Of a stretch of DNA of 64,000 bases, positions 33,376 through 47,100 are shown piece after piece. The stretch covers positions 90,646,001-90,710,000 of the forward strand of contig NC_058368.1 of assembly GCF_018350175.1 (NCBI RefSeq), given 5' to 3'. A program made the position numbers and the translations under genes. Below the pieces are notes generated by a model that saw nothing but the letters and a program-made list of their open reading frames with translations, was not told where the DNA came from and made no database searches. The stretch is from Felis catus. Taxonomy: Eukaryota. Numbering within the stretch: position 1 is the stretch's first letter; every line of letters begins with the position of its first letter.

Positions 33376-35462
33376 GTGGCTCATGTTCACAAACCATGAG
33401 ATCACGACCTGAGCCAAAGTCAGATGCTTAACTGACTGAGCCACCCAGGTGCCCCTCTCATATACGTTTTATTGACCAAAGCAAATCACATAACATCTCT
33501 AACTTCAAGGGAATTAGAAAGTTATATCTTACTACTGTCTGGGGAGAGGAGAGCTGGGAATACTGGTGAGAAACATAACTACCATAAATGTACTCGGAGT
33601 CTTCCCAGAATGCCGTTAAACCGCTCTGTTCAGAATCAAGGAGCTATTAACCATTTCAGAAAATCACATTGCCTACACATGTTGCTTTTGGTATTAAGAC
33701 AATACCTGTGCTGTCACAATCATGGGGATTTTAGTACAAGTGTCTGGCTACCTTATTTCGATAATATGTATTATCGAAGGGGCGTGATGGGCCTGATAAG
33801 GTAGGCAATTGAATTTGCATGGAACTATCTCATGTCTAGCAATAGACACTGTAGTTCTAAATTCTTTTAAATTTTACTTTATATGAGGCCAAATTTGGAG
33901 AAAACTTGGTGAGAGGGGTCTGCGATTTGGAGCAAACTTGGTGAAGAGGATGTGTATGATTATTTTAGGTACAAAAAGTCAAATTTAAGAGACACCCTAA
34001 TGAGTTTGCTATTTTCTATGATTTTCCATACGCTTGAAATGTTCTATAACAATTAAAAAGTTCCTACCCCCAAACATATAGCCCAATCCTCTCTCCCCAT
34101 GTTCTCCTACTCCCCCACATCCTCCCTGCCATTTTCTCGAACCTTCTATGGACCTGTTTTTTAATGCCTTGAGTTTCACCTGTCTGCTGCCTCCTTCTGC
34201 ATGTGATTCTACCCTCCGCCCATTGCCTGCCTCATTCCTTTCTAATCTTCCCAGGGCTTCTTACTATGTTTCTTAGACTCCGTCTCTCACATCTGGCCCT
34301 TCTATGCCCAGTGTCCCTACCTGCATGGATTCTCACATAATTTTTGCAGACACACTGAAGGACATCTTGAGTCTTGGGGCTTTACTTCCTCTGTTCTATT
34401 CTCAACACCTCAACCTTTCTAAGACTTCCTAAGACCCAGCACTGATTCTTTCACCTTCCTGCTTACAGATCTCTCATGGCTTCCCATTAAAAGGAGGCTT
34501 TCTCTTATCTGCATGCTGTGGTTGCAGATGGCTCATTTTCTCCTTGATGTGGACTTTATTTATTTTATTCCTTTATTATTTTTTTAAAGCTTATTTACTT
34601 ATTTTGAGAGAGAGAGAGAGAAAGAGAGAGCGCGGCGGGGAGGAACAGAGAGACAATCCCAAGCAGGCTCCACACTGTCAGAGCAGAGCCTGACATGGGG
34701 CTTGAACTCATGAACCACGAGATCATGAGCTGAGCTGAAACCAAGAGTTGGATGCTTAACTGAGCCACCCAGGTGGCCCAATGTGGACTTTAAATTGAGT
34801 TATGCAGCACCTCAGGGTGGGTTTAGTGATTTGCCTCATCCCAAAGCCATGCCCAAAGAGACAGAACCTCATGGCTTCACTGGTATTGTGAGTTGGCCCA
34901 TCAGCTAAGAGCCTCTCGGGCTGAAGTCATTCTATCTCACATGTACATGTTTTATACTTTGGTTGGCATTTTGTAATCCTCAGTCTTTGGACATAGTTGG
35001 TACCCTGCTGCCAGGAAGGGCCAGTTAAAGCCAAATCACTCCTCTGAATGATGCAATAAGAAGGTTTAAGTTTGCACCTCCTAATCTTTTTGACATCATG
35101 ACCTGCTCTGCTCTGCTCTAAGGACAGTTGAAGCCTTGTCTACTTCCTAGTGAGGAATACCATGAATACTTTTATTTATTTTATTTTTTAAAATTTTTCT
35201 TTTATGTTTATTTATTTCTGAGACAGAGAGAGACAGAGCACGAGAGGGGGAGGGGCAAAGGGAGAGGGAGACCCAGAATCGGAAGCAGGCTCCAGGCTCT
35301 GAGCTGTCAGCACAGAGCCTGATGTGGGGCTTGAACTCACAAACTGTGAGATCATGACCTGAGCCGGTCACTCAACCGACTGAACCACCCAGGCGCCCCC
35401 CATGAATGCTTTTAAATTTTAGCCAAAGGAGTAACAGACACAACTAACAAATACCAGTGTTT

Positions 35463-35481
35463 GGCTCCATCTAGTGGTCTA
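35463..35481 (-). promoter_or_regulatory. Candidate CTCF site pointing toward RUFY1
   Basis: Minus strand reads AGACCACTAGATGGAGCC, close to the CTCF core CCACYAGRKGGCR, about 4.3 kb upstream of exon 1. Confidence 0.55.
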
Positions 35482-35520
35482 AGTGGATTTGGGTTTCTAA
35501 CTATCCAGGATTAGACTATT

Positions 35521-35596
35521 TCCATCCATCCACCCATCCATCCATCCATCCATCCATCCATCCATCCATCCATCCATCCTTCCATCCAATCATCCA
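35521..35596. repeat. (TCCA)n tetranucleotide microsatellite
   Basis: Long, nearly pure CCAT run with degenerate edges. Confidence 0.95.
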
Positions 35597-36151
35597 ATAC
35601 CCATTCTCCCATGCATATAACCAGCTCAGCCTACAAGACTCTGTATGATCTGACCCCTCAATCTTTCTTACCCCATTTCATATCATTATATGTAGGTTTG
35701 TTAAGTCCCACATGATTTCTTTCTGTTTCTTAAACACACCACACTTATTTTTTGCAAATGCTTTCTCCTCTTTGCTTGGAATGATTTTCTCCTAGTCTCA
35801 GCCTGATCGACTTTTAATCAACATCTTACATATTCAAGTTCAATTCAACTTTCCAGAGACACCATCCCTAACAGCTGAAAAATACACACCCCTCCCAGCT
35901 TCCGGTCCCTCTTTGTCACTTCACTCAGTTTTATTTCCTTGATGGTACTTATAAGTTTCTGACATTTTCCTGTTGGAGTTTTATTTGGTATTGTTGCTTC
36001 CCCACACTGGAACGGAGCTCAGAGGGAAACTTGTCCCTCTAGTCCACTGCTGTATTCCCAGGGCTCAGAACTGCACTCGTGTGTTAGTGACTTTATAAAT
36101 GTTTGTTTATTAATTTTGGGGGGAGGAAGGGGGCAGAAAAGAGAGAGGGAA

Positions 36152-36186
<35 letters not shown>

Positions 36187-39100
36187 GATCTCAAGCAGGC
36201 TCCGTGCTATTAGTGCAGAGCCCAACATGGGGCTTGAACTCATGAATGTGAGAGCATGACCTGAGCTGAAACCAAGAGTCGGATGCTTAATTGACTGAAC
36301 CACCTAGATGCTCCAACATGTGTTAGTGATTATAAACAAGAAAAGTTTATTTCATGCTCATACCACACAGCTACTTTGGTTTCCAGAGTTTGTCCCCCTC
36401 TTCCCACTGAGAGACTGGGCTGGCAGAGCTCCCATTCTGTGGAACTTCCTTTATCACCCTAACAGAGGGGAGGAGCAGGGGGAATAGTGGCCTATTCCTC
36501 CAAAATAAATAAATATTTAAAAATTGAAAAAAAATTTAAACATTTGATAATTCCAACAGCTGGGTCATCATGAAGTTGGTGGGTTAGCTGTCATTTCTTT
36601 TGAAAATTGATCACAGTTGCCTGGTTCTTTGTATATTAAAGAGGCATGAGTCCTGGTCGCTTGGCTAAAGTGTCACTGACTTCTCAAAGCCTTTGGTGTC
36701 TGTCCTGTTTGGGGTCAGATCCACGTATGTGTATGTTGGAGGTGAGCCCAGGAGTTCGTATACAACTTTATAGGATTCTTTTCTTTTTTTAGGCTTATTT
36801 ATTTTGAGACAGAAAGAGAGAGAGAGAGCACAAGCAGGGGAGGGGCAGAGAGAAGGAGAGACCCAATTCCAAGCAGGCTCTGTGCGCCATCTATGCAGTG
36901 TCGATTTGTGGGGCTCGAACCCATGAACCGGGAGATCATGACCTGGCCAAGATCAAGAGTCAGATGCTTAACCGACTGCACCACCCAGGAGCCCCTATAG
37001 GATTATTATCTAAGTCTCCCTCTCTTCACAATCTCTTCTACACTCACTCCCAGAAATCCCCTTCCCTGTCCTCTGGCTGGAGAACTGGGGCTGTGGTCTT
37101 CCCTCTCTGTACACTTTCCGTGGAGAGGTTTGCCTTTGTGGTGAGTGGTGGGAGGGGAGAGGCAAGTAAGAAAGCAAGGGGCGCCAGCTTCAGGACTGAG
37201 CTTACCAGGGGCCAGGGCCCAGGGAAAAACACCAAGCAAGCAAGCAAGCAAGCAACCAACCAACCCACCCAGGGGATAGTCCCCATTCTCTCTGTCTCTT
37301 AGGGGTTCTCTGCTTGCTCTGTAGATAAAGGAGGGCTTCTCTGGTAGCATTTTGTTTTCTTCTCTGGGAGCAAGTTTTGTTGGTGCCCGGGGTTGCAGTT
37401 CTAGGATTTATGTTGCCCTTGAATCCAGACCAGGAGATATGGGGACCAAAAGATCCCAGGCAACTGATCGTCAGTTTCTTCTCCTATGTGTCCACCGCCA
37501 CTTATTTTTCAGAACCCTCAGAGAGCTGTGACATGGATTGTGTCCAGCGTTTTAGCTGCATTCAGTGGGAGAGACAAAGTGGACTGTGTTCGCTCCATCT
37601 TACTTGTAACAGAATCTCTTGTCTGTTTCAAAAAATTTTTAAGTTTATTGATTTCTTTCTTTCTTTCTTTGTTTAGAGAGCACAAGCAGGGGAGGGGCAG
37701 AGAGAAGGAGAGACAGAATTCCAAGCAGGCTCTGCACCATCAGCACAGAGCCTGGCGTGGGGCTCGAACCCACAAACTTCGAGATCATGACCTGAGCCAA
37801 GATTAAGAGTCAGATGCTTAACTGACTGCACCATGCAGGTAGTGCGCCCCCCACCCCCTAAGTGTTTTTAAGAAAATCTAAGAGACATTTGAAGTCACAT
37901 TTAAATTTTTCCTGGTGGGAAGCTTTGTTTGAATAGACTAGTCTGCCATAACTAGGATCAGGATTTCAGGGTAAGTGTATCAAGTTCTGTAATAAATCCA
38001 GTGGGAATTATAGTGGAATTGCATTACATTTATAGATTAATTTGAGGGAGACCTTAGAGTGTTTCTCTGCTTCTTCAGAGGATCTTTTACGTCCTTTAAA
38101 AGAGCGTTAAAAGTTTTCTCCATTGTGACCTTGTATGTATGGGTTACTCTATAAATAGGTGTTATATTCACATATATATTTGCCATTGCGTGTGGTGTCT
38201 TATTTAAATTAGTTTTGTGTTGGGGCACCTGGGTGGCTCAGTTGGTTGAGCATCCAACTTCGACTGAGGTCATGATCTCGCAGTTCGTGGGTTCAAGCCC
38301 TGCGTTGGGTTCTGTGCTGACAGCTCAGAGCCTGGAGCCTGTTTCAGATTCTGTGTCTCCCTCTTTCTCTGCCCCTCCCCGCTCGCGCTCTGTCTCTCTC
38401 TGTCTCAAAAATAAATAAACATTAAAAAAAAATTTTTAAATTAGTTTTGTGTTGGTTTATGCAAGTGTGAATGAATGTAATTAATTTGGATATTTTCATA
38501 AGAAATATGTGTTATGCATTTAGATTTCTTACATTTATAGTTGAAAAAGTAGGTCTACATACGTAGTTGTTTCAAACGTCTGGAAACATTTCAAATAGGT
38601 GCATCCATAGGCTGCAACGTAGGAGTCCATTTATATGACATTCTGGAAAAGGCAAAACTGTGAGGACAGAGAATAGATAAGGTTGCTAGGGGTGACTGGT
38701 GGAGGAAAGGTTTTGCTAAAAAGGAGAATTATGAGGGACAGTCGTGGGGCTAGAGAACTGTTCTGCCTCCTACATATGATGTTGGTTACATGGTCTGATG
38801 CATTTAATCGAAACTCACAGAACTGCATGCCAAAAGTAATGCATTATACCTTACTTCATGTAAATTAAAAAAAAAAAAAAAACTAAAAAGGTTTCATGAC
38901 TGACTCAGTTTAAGAAATACCGAACCTCATGGCATTAAAAATGTTTTCCAATAATGGAATTCAATATCAGTTGTTCCATTAAACTTAAACTTAAAAAAAA
39001 TTTTTTTTAACTTTTATTCGTTTTGGAGAGACAGAGAAAGACAGCGTGAGTGGGGGAGGGGCAGAGACAGAGAGAGGGAGACACAGAATCCAAAGCAGGC

Positions 39101-41039
39101 TTCAGGGTCAGCACTGTCGGCACAGAGCCTAACTCGGGGCTTGAATTCATGAACCGTGAAATCATGACCTGAGTTGAACTCGGAGGCTCGACTGACTGAG
39201 CCACCCAGGCACCCCATTAAATTTAAACTTAATGAACGTGAACTAAAAGTAAAAATTCACTTTGCCAATCCTATTAGCCACATTTCAAGGGCTCACAGCC
39301 ACAAGGGACCAGTGGATCCTGCATTACATTGTGCACTTCGTGAGAACTTACACTAATAAGAGAAGAGCTAATTCTTGCTTGTAAGTCTGAAAGGATTCAC
39401 CTGTAAAAAATATTTGTGCCAGAGCCAGGCTTTTTTTTGCTACTTGTCTAGTCTTCGTGGGAGGGGGTGTTTGACCGCCATTTCAACTGGGACAGAATTA
39501 TTCATCTAGTCAATTATCTGTCCTTCTTGTGCAGTTTTGGTCTTTTAAATTTTGTCTGTGAGTGTATCATTTTTGTCTAAGTTTAAAAATTATTGGTATT
39601 TTGTAATTTATGAATATCTGTCATTTTTATGAGTCTTTTCTATTATCTTTTTTTATCTGCAATTATCTTCATTGTCTCCCTTTCTAGTTTCCTTGGATTT
39701 GGTCTGTTGTTCTTCTCCCAGTGTTTTGAATTAAATGCTTATTACATTCATTCATTTATTCACTTATTTATCTCTACACCCAACGTGGGGTTCGAACTCC
39801 ACCCCCCCGTGCTCCTATTTCATTTATTTTTAATATTTCTTTTCCAATAAATGCTTTAGGAGATATATATTTTATTTCAAGTACCCTGACTTGCACCCCC
39901 AAAATTTTGACATCTCTCTGGTTCAGTTTTAAAATATTCCTTAATTTGCTTTCTACTAAGGGTTATTTAGTAATATATTATTTGCTTTCTAACCTTTCTT
40001 AGTTTCTTTCTTTCTTTCCCTCCCTCCTTCCTTGTGGTGGGGGCGGGGGGGAGGAAGGGCAGAGTGAGGGAGAGAGAGTCTCCCAAGCAGGCTCCGTGCT
40101 ACCAGTGCAGAGCCTAATGCTGGGCTTGAACTCATGAATGTGAGATCATTACCTGAGCCAAAACCAAGAGTTGGATGCTTAACCGACTGAACCACCTAGG
40201 TGCCCCAAGCAGGTTATATTTTTATTAGCTTTATCATTTATCAGTATTTATTGTATACTTTGTCTTCTCTTAGCTTGAGGTTATTGTTTTGATTTAATTT
40301 TAATGTTGATAAGAATATTCTTGAATGATTTAATCAGAAAGGAAATTTATGGTGGACTTTCTGAGGAATACATTGGAAGTGTGATTTTCTCTGATAAGTA
40401 TCTTGTTCATTCTTTCTGGAAGACTGTAAGATTTTCTTTTGATCACTGTAGTTTAAAAATTCCACGGGAAATGTTTATATTTATGACTTTATTTTATTTT
40501 CTTTTTAAAACTTTTCTTCTTTTTAATGTTTATTTGCTTTTGAGAGAGAGATAGAGAGAGAGAGTGAGAGTGAGAGGGGAGGGGCAGAGAGAGAGGGAGA
40601 TACAGAATCTGTATCAGGCTCCAGGCTATGAGCCATGAGCACAGAGCCCGACACGGGGCTCAAACTCACAGACCGCAAGATCGTGACCTGAGCAAAAGTC
40701 AGACTCTTAATGCTTAACTGACTGAGCCACCCAGGCACTCCTATTTACTGTGGGGGCACCTGGCTGGCTTAGTCAGTAGAGTGTGCAACTCTTGATATTG
40801 GGTTTGAGTTCGAGCCCCATGTTGGGTATAGAGGTTACTTAAAATAATAAAATAAAATAAGTGACGTCTACTTGGTACTTAGCTTGACATTTTCAACTGG
40901 AAAATTAAACTATTTTTTCAGATAGGGGAAGTTTTCATGTATTGTATCTTGTATCACTATTTTCCTTTTTTTCATTTTGGAGCTACTATTATCCATTGTT
41001 TTCCAGGTTGGTTTTTCTTTTCATGAATAATATTTTATT

Positions 41040-43000
41040 GTGTCTGGAGAGTTATTTGTTTACATATTTATTTGACAAATGTTTGAGGACCTCCTCTGTG
41101 CCCCAATATAAGCATTTAGGGTTTTTCAATGCACAATACAAAGAACCCTACCTTCATGGAACTTACGTTTTAGCATGAGGAGACATAAAAATAAAGAAGT
41201 AGATTTTGTAAATATAGATGAAGGTGATATGTATTAAGGAAGAAAGAGACAAGGAGAATAGGGTCAGAAGGACTGGAGGCAGTGAGATGGGAAGCTTCTG
41301 TAATTTTAAGTAGGGGTTTCAGGGTGAACTTCTTGGGAAGGTAAGATTTAAGAAAATAAGGTGAAGGAGTGAATTTTTCAGGGTGGAGAAGGAATGTTCT
41401 AGGAAGCAGCTAGTATAAATACCTTAAAAAAGGAGTGTGCCTTACATGTTGGATGAAGAGCAAGAACGTTGGGGCAACTGGTGCAGAATGGGTTCTGGGG
41501 TTCTTTAAAAAATTTTTTTAATGTCTATTTATTTTTGAGAGAGGGAGAGAGAGAGAGAGAGAGCAGGAGAGGGCCAGAGAGAGAGAGAGGGAGATACAGA
41601 ATTGGAAGCAGGCTCCAGGCTCCGAGCTGTTAGCACAGAGCCCAACATGGGGCTCAAACTCTCAAACAGCAAGATCATGACCTGAGCTGAAGGCCGATGC
41701 TTAACTAACTGAGCCACCCAGATGCCCTGGGTGTGTGTGTGTGTGTGTGGGGGGGGGGGTTCTGGTGGCTAAAAGCTCTAGATCCTTTAGGGTCTTGCAG
41801 TCACAGTAAAGACTTTGGTTTTACTCTACCTAAAATGGGAAATCATTCTAGGGTTTTGAGACAGAAGAAAGACTTGATCTGACTTAAGTTATAAAAGGAT
41901 CTCTCTGTCTGACCTGCTAGAAGGAGATTGCATAGGTACAGATGGTATAGAAATAGATCTATAGGTAGAGGCAGGAGACCTAGCAGGAGGCGCTGTAGTG
42001 ATCCAGGTAACAGGTGACAGTGGCTGGGATCAGGATCGTAGCAGTGGACTACAGTGGTTACTAGAATTGCCACCAGCTAGAATGAGAAGTGCTATGGGGT
42101 AAAATCAAGAATTCGGTTTTGAATACATTAAGTTTGAGTTGTTTAACATCTCAGATGGAGGTGTTGAATAGGCACTTGGATATCTGAGTCTGGAGGCTCG
42201 GAGACAAATTTGGCTGGATCTATAAACCTGTGTTGTTGGCAGACAGATAGTTTTGAAAGCTGTAAGACTGGTTAAGGTGACTGTATTGGTCAGGATAGGA
42301 TAGGCTTCTGCGTCGGTAACAACTAGCTCCCAAATCCCAGTGGCTGGATACACAGAAGTTTATTGCTCAATCATATGAAGCCTGATGGAGGTCTGGGCTC
42401 ATTTCCAGGACATCTGTCTTTCATAGGGTGACTCAGTGATCAGGCTGCTTTGGTTTTTTGGTCCCGCACGTCAACACGAGGATTTCTGCAAATAGCTGCA
42501 GCAGGAGAAAAGACAGCTGGAGAGTCGTGTGGCAGGCTCTGCTGGGAAGTGACCTGTCTCTTCTGCTCACAGCCCGTTGGCAAGAGCCAGTCACATATGG
42601 TCTTCTACTTGCCGGGAAGGGGTGGGAGGAGCTCTGAATGAGCAGTCGCCAAGGAAGCCAGGAGAGGTAGAGGGGAAAAGAAGGTCATGGAGAAGAGGAG
42701 CCAGCAAAAGAGACAGAGAAGGAATGTTTAAGGAGGTAGAAGAAGGAGGACTAGGAGTTAGTATCCTGGAATCCAAGGAGGGAAATGTTACAAGGAGAAA
42801 AGACTGACCAAGACGGGGGTGACTTAGGGCTGGTAGTGAGATCTAGGTGGAAATGATCTGCAACCTTGTGAAGAGCAATTTATCAGAACCGTGTGCGAAA
42901 AGCATGGCTGCAAATGAGCGAGGGTGGGTGGGGAGGAATTAGAGACAAGTGTAGACCAGAAATGGGGCAGATGCTGGCAGAAGTACGTGCAAGCCAAGGA
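41040..43000 (-). mobile_element. L2 remnant interrupted by a SINE and an MLT1-like LTR (about 42281-42620)
   Basis: Antisense L2 motifs: TTTATTTGACAAATGTTTGAGGACCT, TAAAGACTTTGGTTTTTACTCT, TTGAATACATTAAGTTTGAG. Confidence 0.65.
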
Positions 43001-44146
43001 CATTTTCATTTGTTCTTCTCAGCTGGGAGAGGTAACAGCTGTTGAAGAAGATCTCTGTAGAGTGAAAACTGATGATGCAGGCCAGAGAGGAGAGTTACAG
43101 AGCCATGCCTTGAATGGGTGAGGAGGGACTGGCCATGGATCTCAGGTAGTAGGTAGAAAGGTAAAGAAGATGGGGCAGCTCTGGGGGAAAGAGGAGGAAG
43201 AAGGAAATGGCCTTCTGGACACAGGGTAGTGGACAGAAGAGGGAAGCATAGTGTGGCCTGGGCAGGACGATTTGCCTCTTGAGGTTCATGGTCAGAAACT
43301 GAAGTGAGACCCGTCAGGTCCACGTGGCTTGTGATTTTCCCAGCCCCCTTCAGTGGGAGAGTCAGATTTAACCCAGCTGATGTTTCATCAAGAGAGTCCC
43401 AGGAAATGAGGGGTCAGGATTTTGGGGTGTGCGCGGGGAAGGGGGTGATAATTAGGATAATGTTGGGTCTTTTTTTTGACCTTTGGGATCATGAATTATA
43501 TTACCAGCAACATCCAGTTTATGTTTTACTACCTTTACTGAATTTTACAAACTGAATGTATGTTTAGGTATAAAATGTATGTATGGGTGTGGATAAAGTA
43601 AATAACTGTAGTAAAAATAAATACAAATAGAAACTATAAAAATATGTGAACATGTATGAACAAATAAAAAAGTTAAAATTGTAATAAAAATTTAGACAAT
43701 ACTGGTAATGAGAACTCTTTTTAAAGTTTATTTATTTTGAGAGAGAGAGAGAGAGAGAATCCCAAGAAGACTCCACACTGTCAGCACAGAGCCTGACTTG
43801 GGGCTCAAACTCACAAACTGTGAGATCATGACCTGGGGTGAAATCAAGAGTTGGATGCTTAACTGACTGAGCCACCCAGGGAACCCTGGTAATGAGAACT
43901 TTTAAGGAGAGTGAAGAAGATATTACCAAGAAACAATAAGAAAAACAAGCAAAGATTTTGGAATACATCTATTCCAAATCTAAATCTGTATCTATATGCA
44001 TGTCTATAACTATATCTACTCTGTCTCTAATCTATATGTATATCTAACCCATGTGTATATGTATATGTATGCCTATCCATCCATTTCCATCTATATTGAT
44101 ACATCAATCTTGTTTTAAGACTTCTCATTAAAATTGTTTCTCTCTA

Positions 44147-44623
44147 GGGGCGCCTGGGTGGTGCAGTCGGTTAAGCGTCTGACTTCAGCCAGGTCACGAT
44201 CTCGCGGTCTGTGAGTTCGAGCCCCGCGTCAGGCTCTGGGCTGATGGCTCAGAGCCTGGAGCCTGCTTCCGATTCTGTGTCTCCCTCTCTCTCTGCCCCT
44301 CCCCCATTCATGCTCTGTCTCTCTCTGTCCCAAAAAAAATAAATAAAAGTTGAAAAAAAAATTTAAAAAAAAAATAAAAAAAAAATAAAATAAAATTGTT
44401 TCTCTCAAGTGGCACCTGGACGGCTCAGTCGGTTGAGTGTCTGACTCTTCATTTTGGCTCAGGTTATGTTCCCAGGGTCGTGGGATTGAGTCTTGCGTTG
44501 GTCTCCGTGTTGAGCATGGAGCCTGCTTGAGATTCTCTCTTTCTTTGTCTCTCTACCTCTGCTCCTTTTCTCAGCTCCCATGCTCTCTCTCTCTAAAAAA
44601 TAAAAATAATCCCCCCCAAACCC
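44147..44623 (+). mobile_element. Tandem pair of Can-SINEs (young 44147-44390, older 44408-44623)
   Basis: Three copies of AATTGTTTCTCTC bound the two elements. Confidence 0.9.
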
Positions 44624-44719
44624 AATTGTTTCTCTCAATATTATCTTTTGTTTCTTCTCAGAAGTCTGCCTCTCCATAAGTCTCTGTCCCCCTCCCTCAA
44701 GCCACTGGGTCCTTCACAC

Positions 44720-44880
44720 CAGCACTGCTCAGTGTGGTTCTGGACCAGCAGCACTAGCGACACGTGGGAGCTTCTTGGAAATGCAGATTTTCAGGCTCTT
44801 CCCTAGACCTCCTGAATCAAAGCTCTGGAGGTGTGGCCCGGGAAGGTACATATACTCCAACTCCCCAGAGATTCTGTTGA
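44720..44880. mobile_element. MER5A-like hAT MITE
   Basis: GTGTGGTTCTGGACCAGCAGCA...GGAAATGCAGATTTTCAGGC...AGACCTCCTGAATCA. Confidence 0.7.
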
Positions 44881-47008
44881 ACCTCTGTCTATATCTCCTG
44901 TGGTCTTTGATTTCCTACTCATGTCAGGGACCATGGGCCCTTCCAGACCTGCACTGTCAGGATCTGGGGAGCTGGTGAGAGTCATGGGAGCAAGTCCTTC
45001 CTTCCTTAAAGGCAGTGGGCGGGGGGGAGACAATGGTGGGCAAGCTGGCCAGAAAAGATCTGCCTCCCCATTTCTTGGGGTCTCCAAATATACATTTTGG
45101 GTCAAACTGGCATGCAACCACTCCCATGCATGTTAATTATTGTTCTCACCTTCACTGTGGTCCCTGTGGGCTTTCTCAGGGCTCTTCCTGGGCCCAGCCA
45201 AGGGAGGACACTGAGATCTCAGAGAGAACAAAAAGCCAGCCAAGTTTCTAAATGGATTTCAGGAACTCACAGCGGAGGGAACATTCATTTGAAAATCAAG
45301 ATATTTTTGACTTGCTTTGGCTATCAAGAGACAAATCCTGAAGGACTCTATCTAAACGTTCTTCTGTGAGAAGAACAGAGTGGGGAAGAATGGAGATTGA
45401 TGTAGGAGCTGAGTCCACTGGCTGGAGGTGCCCCCAGTGGGCAGTGTATATGTGTTGAGAAGGGCTCTGGCCCGGAGAACATGCTGGCCACAAGGTTCCA
45501 GGACCCCGGGGCTGGGAAGGGGAGGGCAGCTGCGTGTCTCCGGATCTCTTGAGAGAGAGCCTCAGGAGTGCTCACAGTTTTGATGAAAGCATGCAGAGTG
45601 CTTATCTCTCCAGCAGGTGGCCAAGGCTGGGGTGGGGTGGATTTCAGTGGATGCTGGTGGGCACAGGTGCCATCCTGTCATGGGCTGCCAAGGAGGATGC
45701 TGGGGACTGCGACCAGGTGTCCATCACACTCAGTCCTGGTCCCACCCGAGGAAAGCAGGAGGACAAGGTAGGATAACTCTGCCTGAAATGTTGAGTGACC
45801 ACGGATTGGGCTGAGTTTTCCTGGGAGGGACTAGATTATGCTTACAGAAACTGGAATTAGAAATTAAAATTGTGGGGCGCCTGAGTGGCTCAGTTGGTTG
45901 AGCGTCCGACTTCGGCTCAGGTCATGGTCTCGAGGTTCATGAGTTCGAGTCCCACATTGGGTTTGCTGTTATCAGCACAGAGCCTGCTTCGGATACTCTG
46001 TCTCCCTCTCTCTCTCTGCCCATTGCCACCCCCCTCAAAAAAAAAAAAGAAATTAAAATTGAGTTGTGAAATATGGAGTTACATTTTGCACACATGACTT
46101 TTGAGATTAAGAATTGGTACTTATAACAAGTACCAATTTATGCTTGAATGTGAAAGTATCTTGCATGGTGCTGGGTGTATATTTGGTACCCAGTAGGTTC
46201 ATGCTTTTCCAAGGCTGCACATGGCCTAAATATATGCACACAACCCATTGGCAAGCGTAATGGAGCAGAGAGAATGCCAAGGTGATGCTGTCCTATTATT
46301 TTTATTCAGAAATGTGCCTGCTTTTTAACAATTTTTGGAACACACCATATTGGTGATTTTTATAACTTAGAGGTAATGATTAGTACAAGATGATTAAATT
46401 CCACATTGGTCAGAAGACCCAGGTCTGAATCCTGGGCCTACCACTTACTAGTTGTGGAAACTTGAGCAAGGCACTGCCCCTCCAAAAGTCTTCCCTGTCA
46501 AGGGAAGTAATGCCTGATTCATGAGGCTGGTGGAGAAGAATGAGTATCTCTTGAGGACTTATACATGTCTGGCCCTGTGCTGGGCAATTTCACAGATGAT
46601 TTATTGATTTTTCTTTCTTTTTAAAATTTTATTTGAGAGAGGGAGAGAGAGAGAAGGACAGAGGGAGAGAGAAGGACAGAGGGAGAGAGAGAGAATCCCA
46701 AGCAGGCTCCACACACAGCATGGAGCCTGACATGGGGCTCAATCCCTTGACCACTGAGATCATGACTTGAGCTGAAGTCAAGAGTTGGACGCTCAACCTA
46801 CTGAGCCAGCCAGGTGCCCCTTATAGATGTTTTCTTAACAGTAAAGCACCTAGTTAGTGCAAGGCAAGGCGCATATGCAGAGAAGTAGTAATTTCCATTC
46901 TCCTACCTGCAAGTCCTACATGCACACGCACACAGAGAACACAAATACAGACACACCACATACATGCAACGCACCACACTGCGCGCACACAGTTTGGTAG
47001 CAAGGAAT

Positions 47009-47040
47009 TGCAATAATTAGAAACACCACTAGGGGGCATC
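47009..47040 (+). promoter_or_regulatory. Candidate CTCF site with upstream (ZF9-11) module, pointing away from RUFY1
   Basis: TGCAATAAT-n5-ACACCACTAGGGGGCATC: a consensus core plus a TGCA upstream motif at the usual spacing. Confidence 0.65.
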
Positions 47041-47100
47041 ATGACACTTTAATTCAGAAATTTTTATGTCTTTTTACACAGTTGTGATTATAGTCTATAT

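Noticed and set aside
45617..45767. Exon-like plus-strand segment (CTCTCCAGCAG...AAG|GTAGGA); a similar one lies near 53928-53991
   Set aside because: No recognisable protein and no chain of compatible exons. Cannot be distinguished from pseudo-exons without RNA data.
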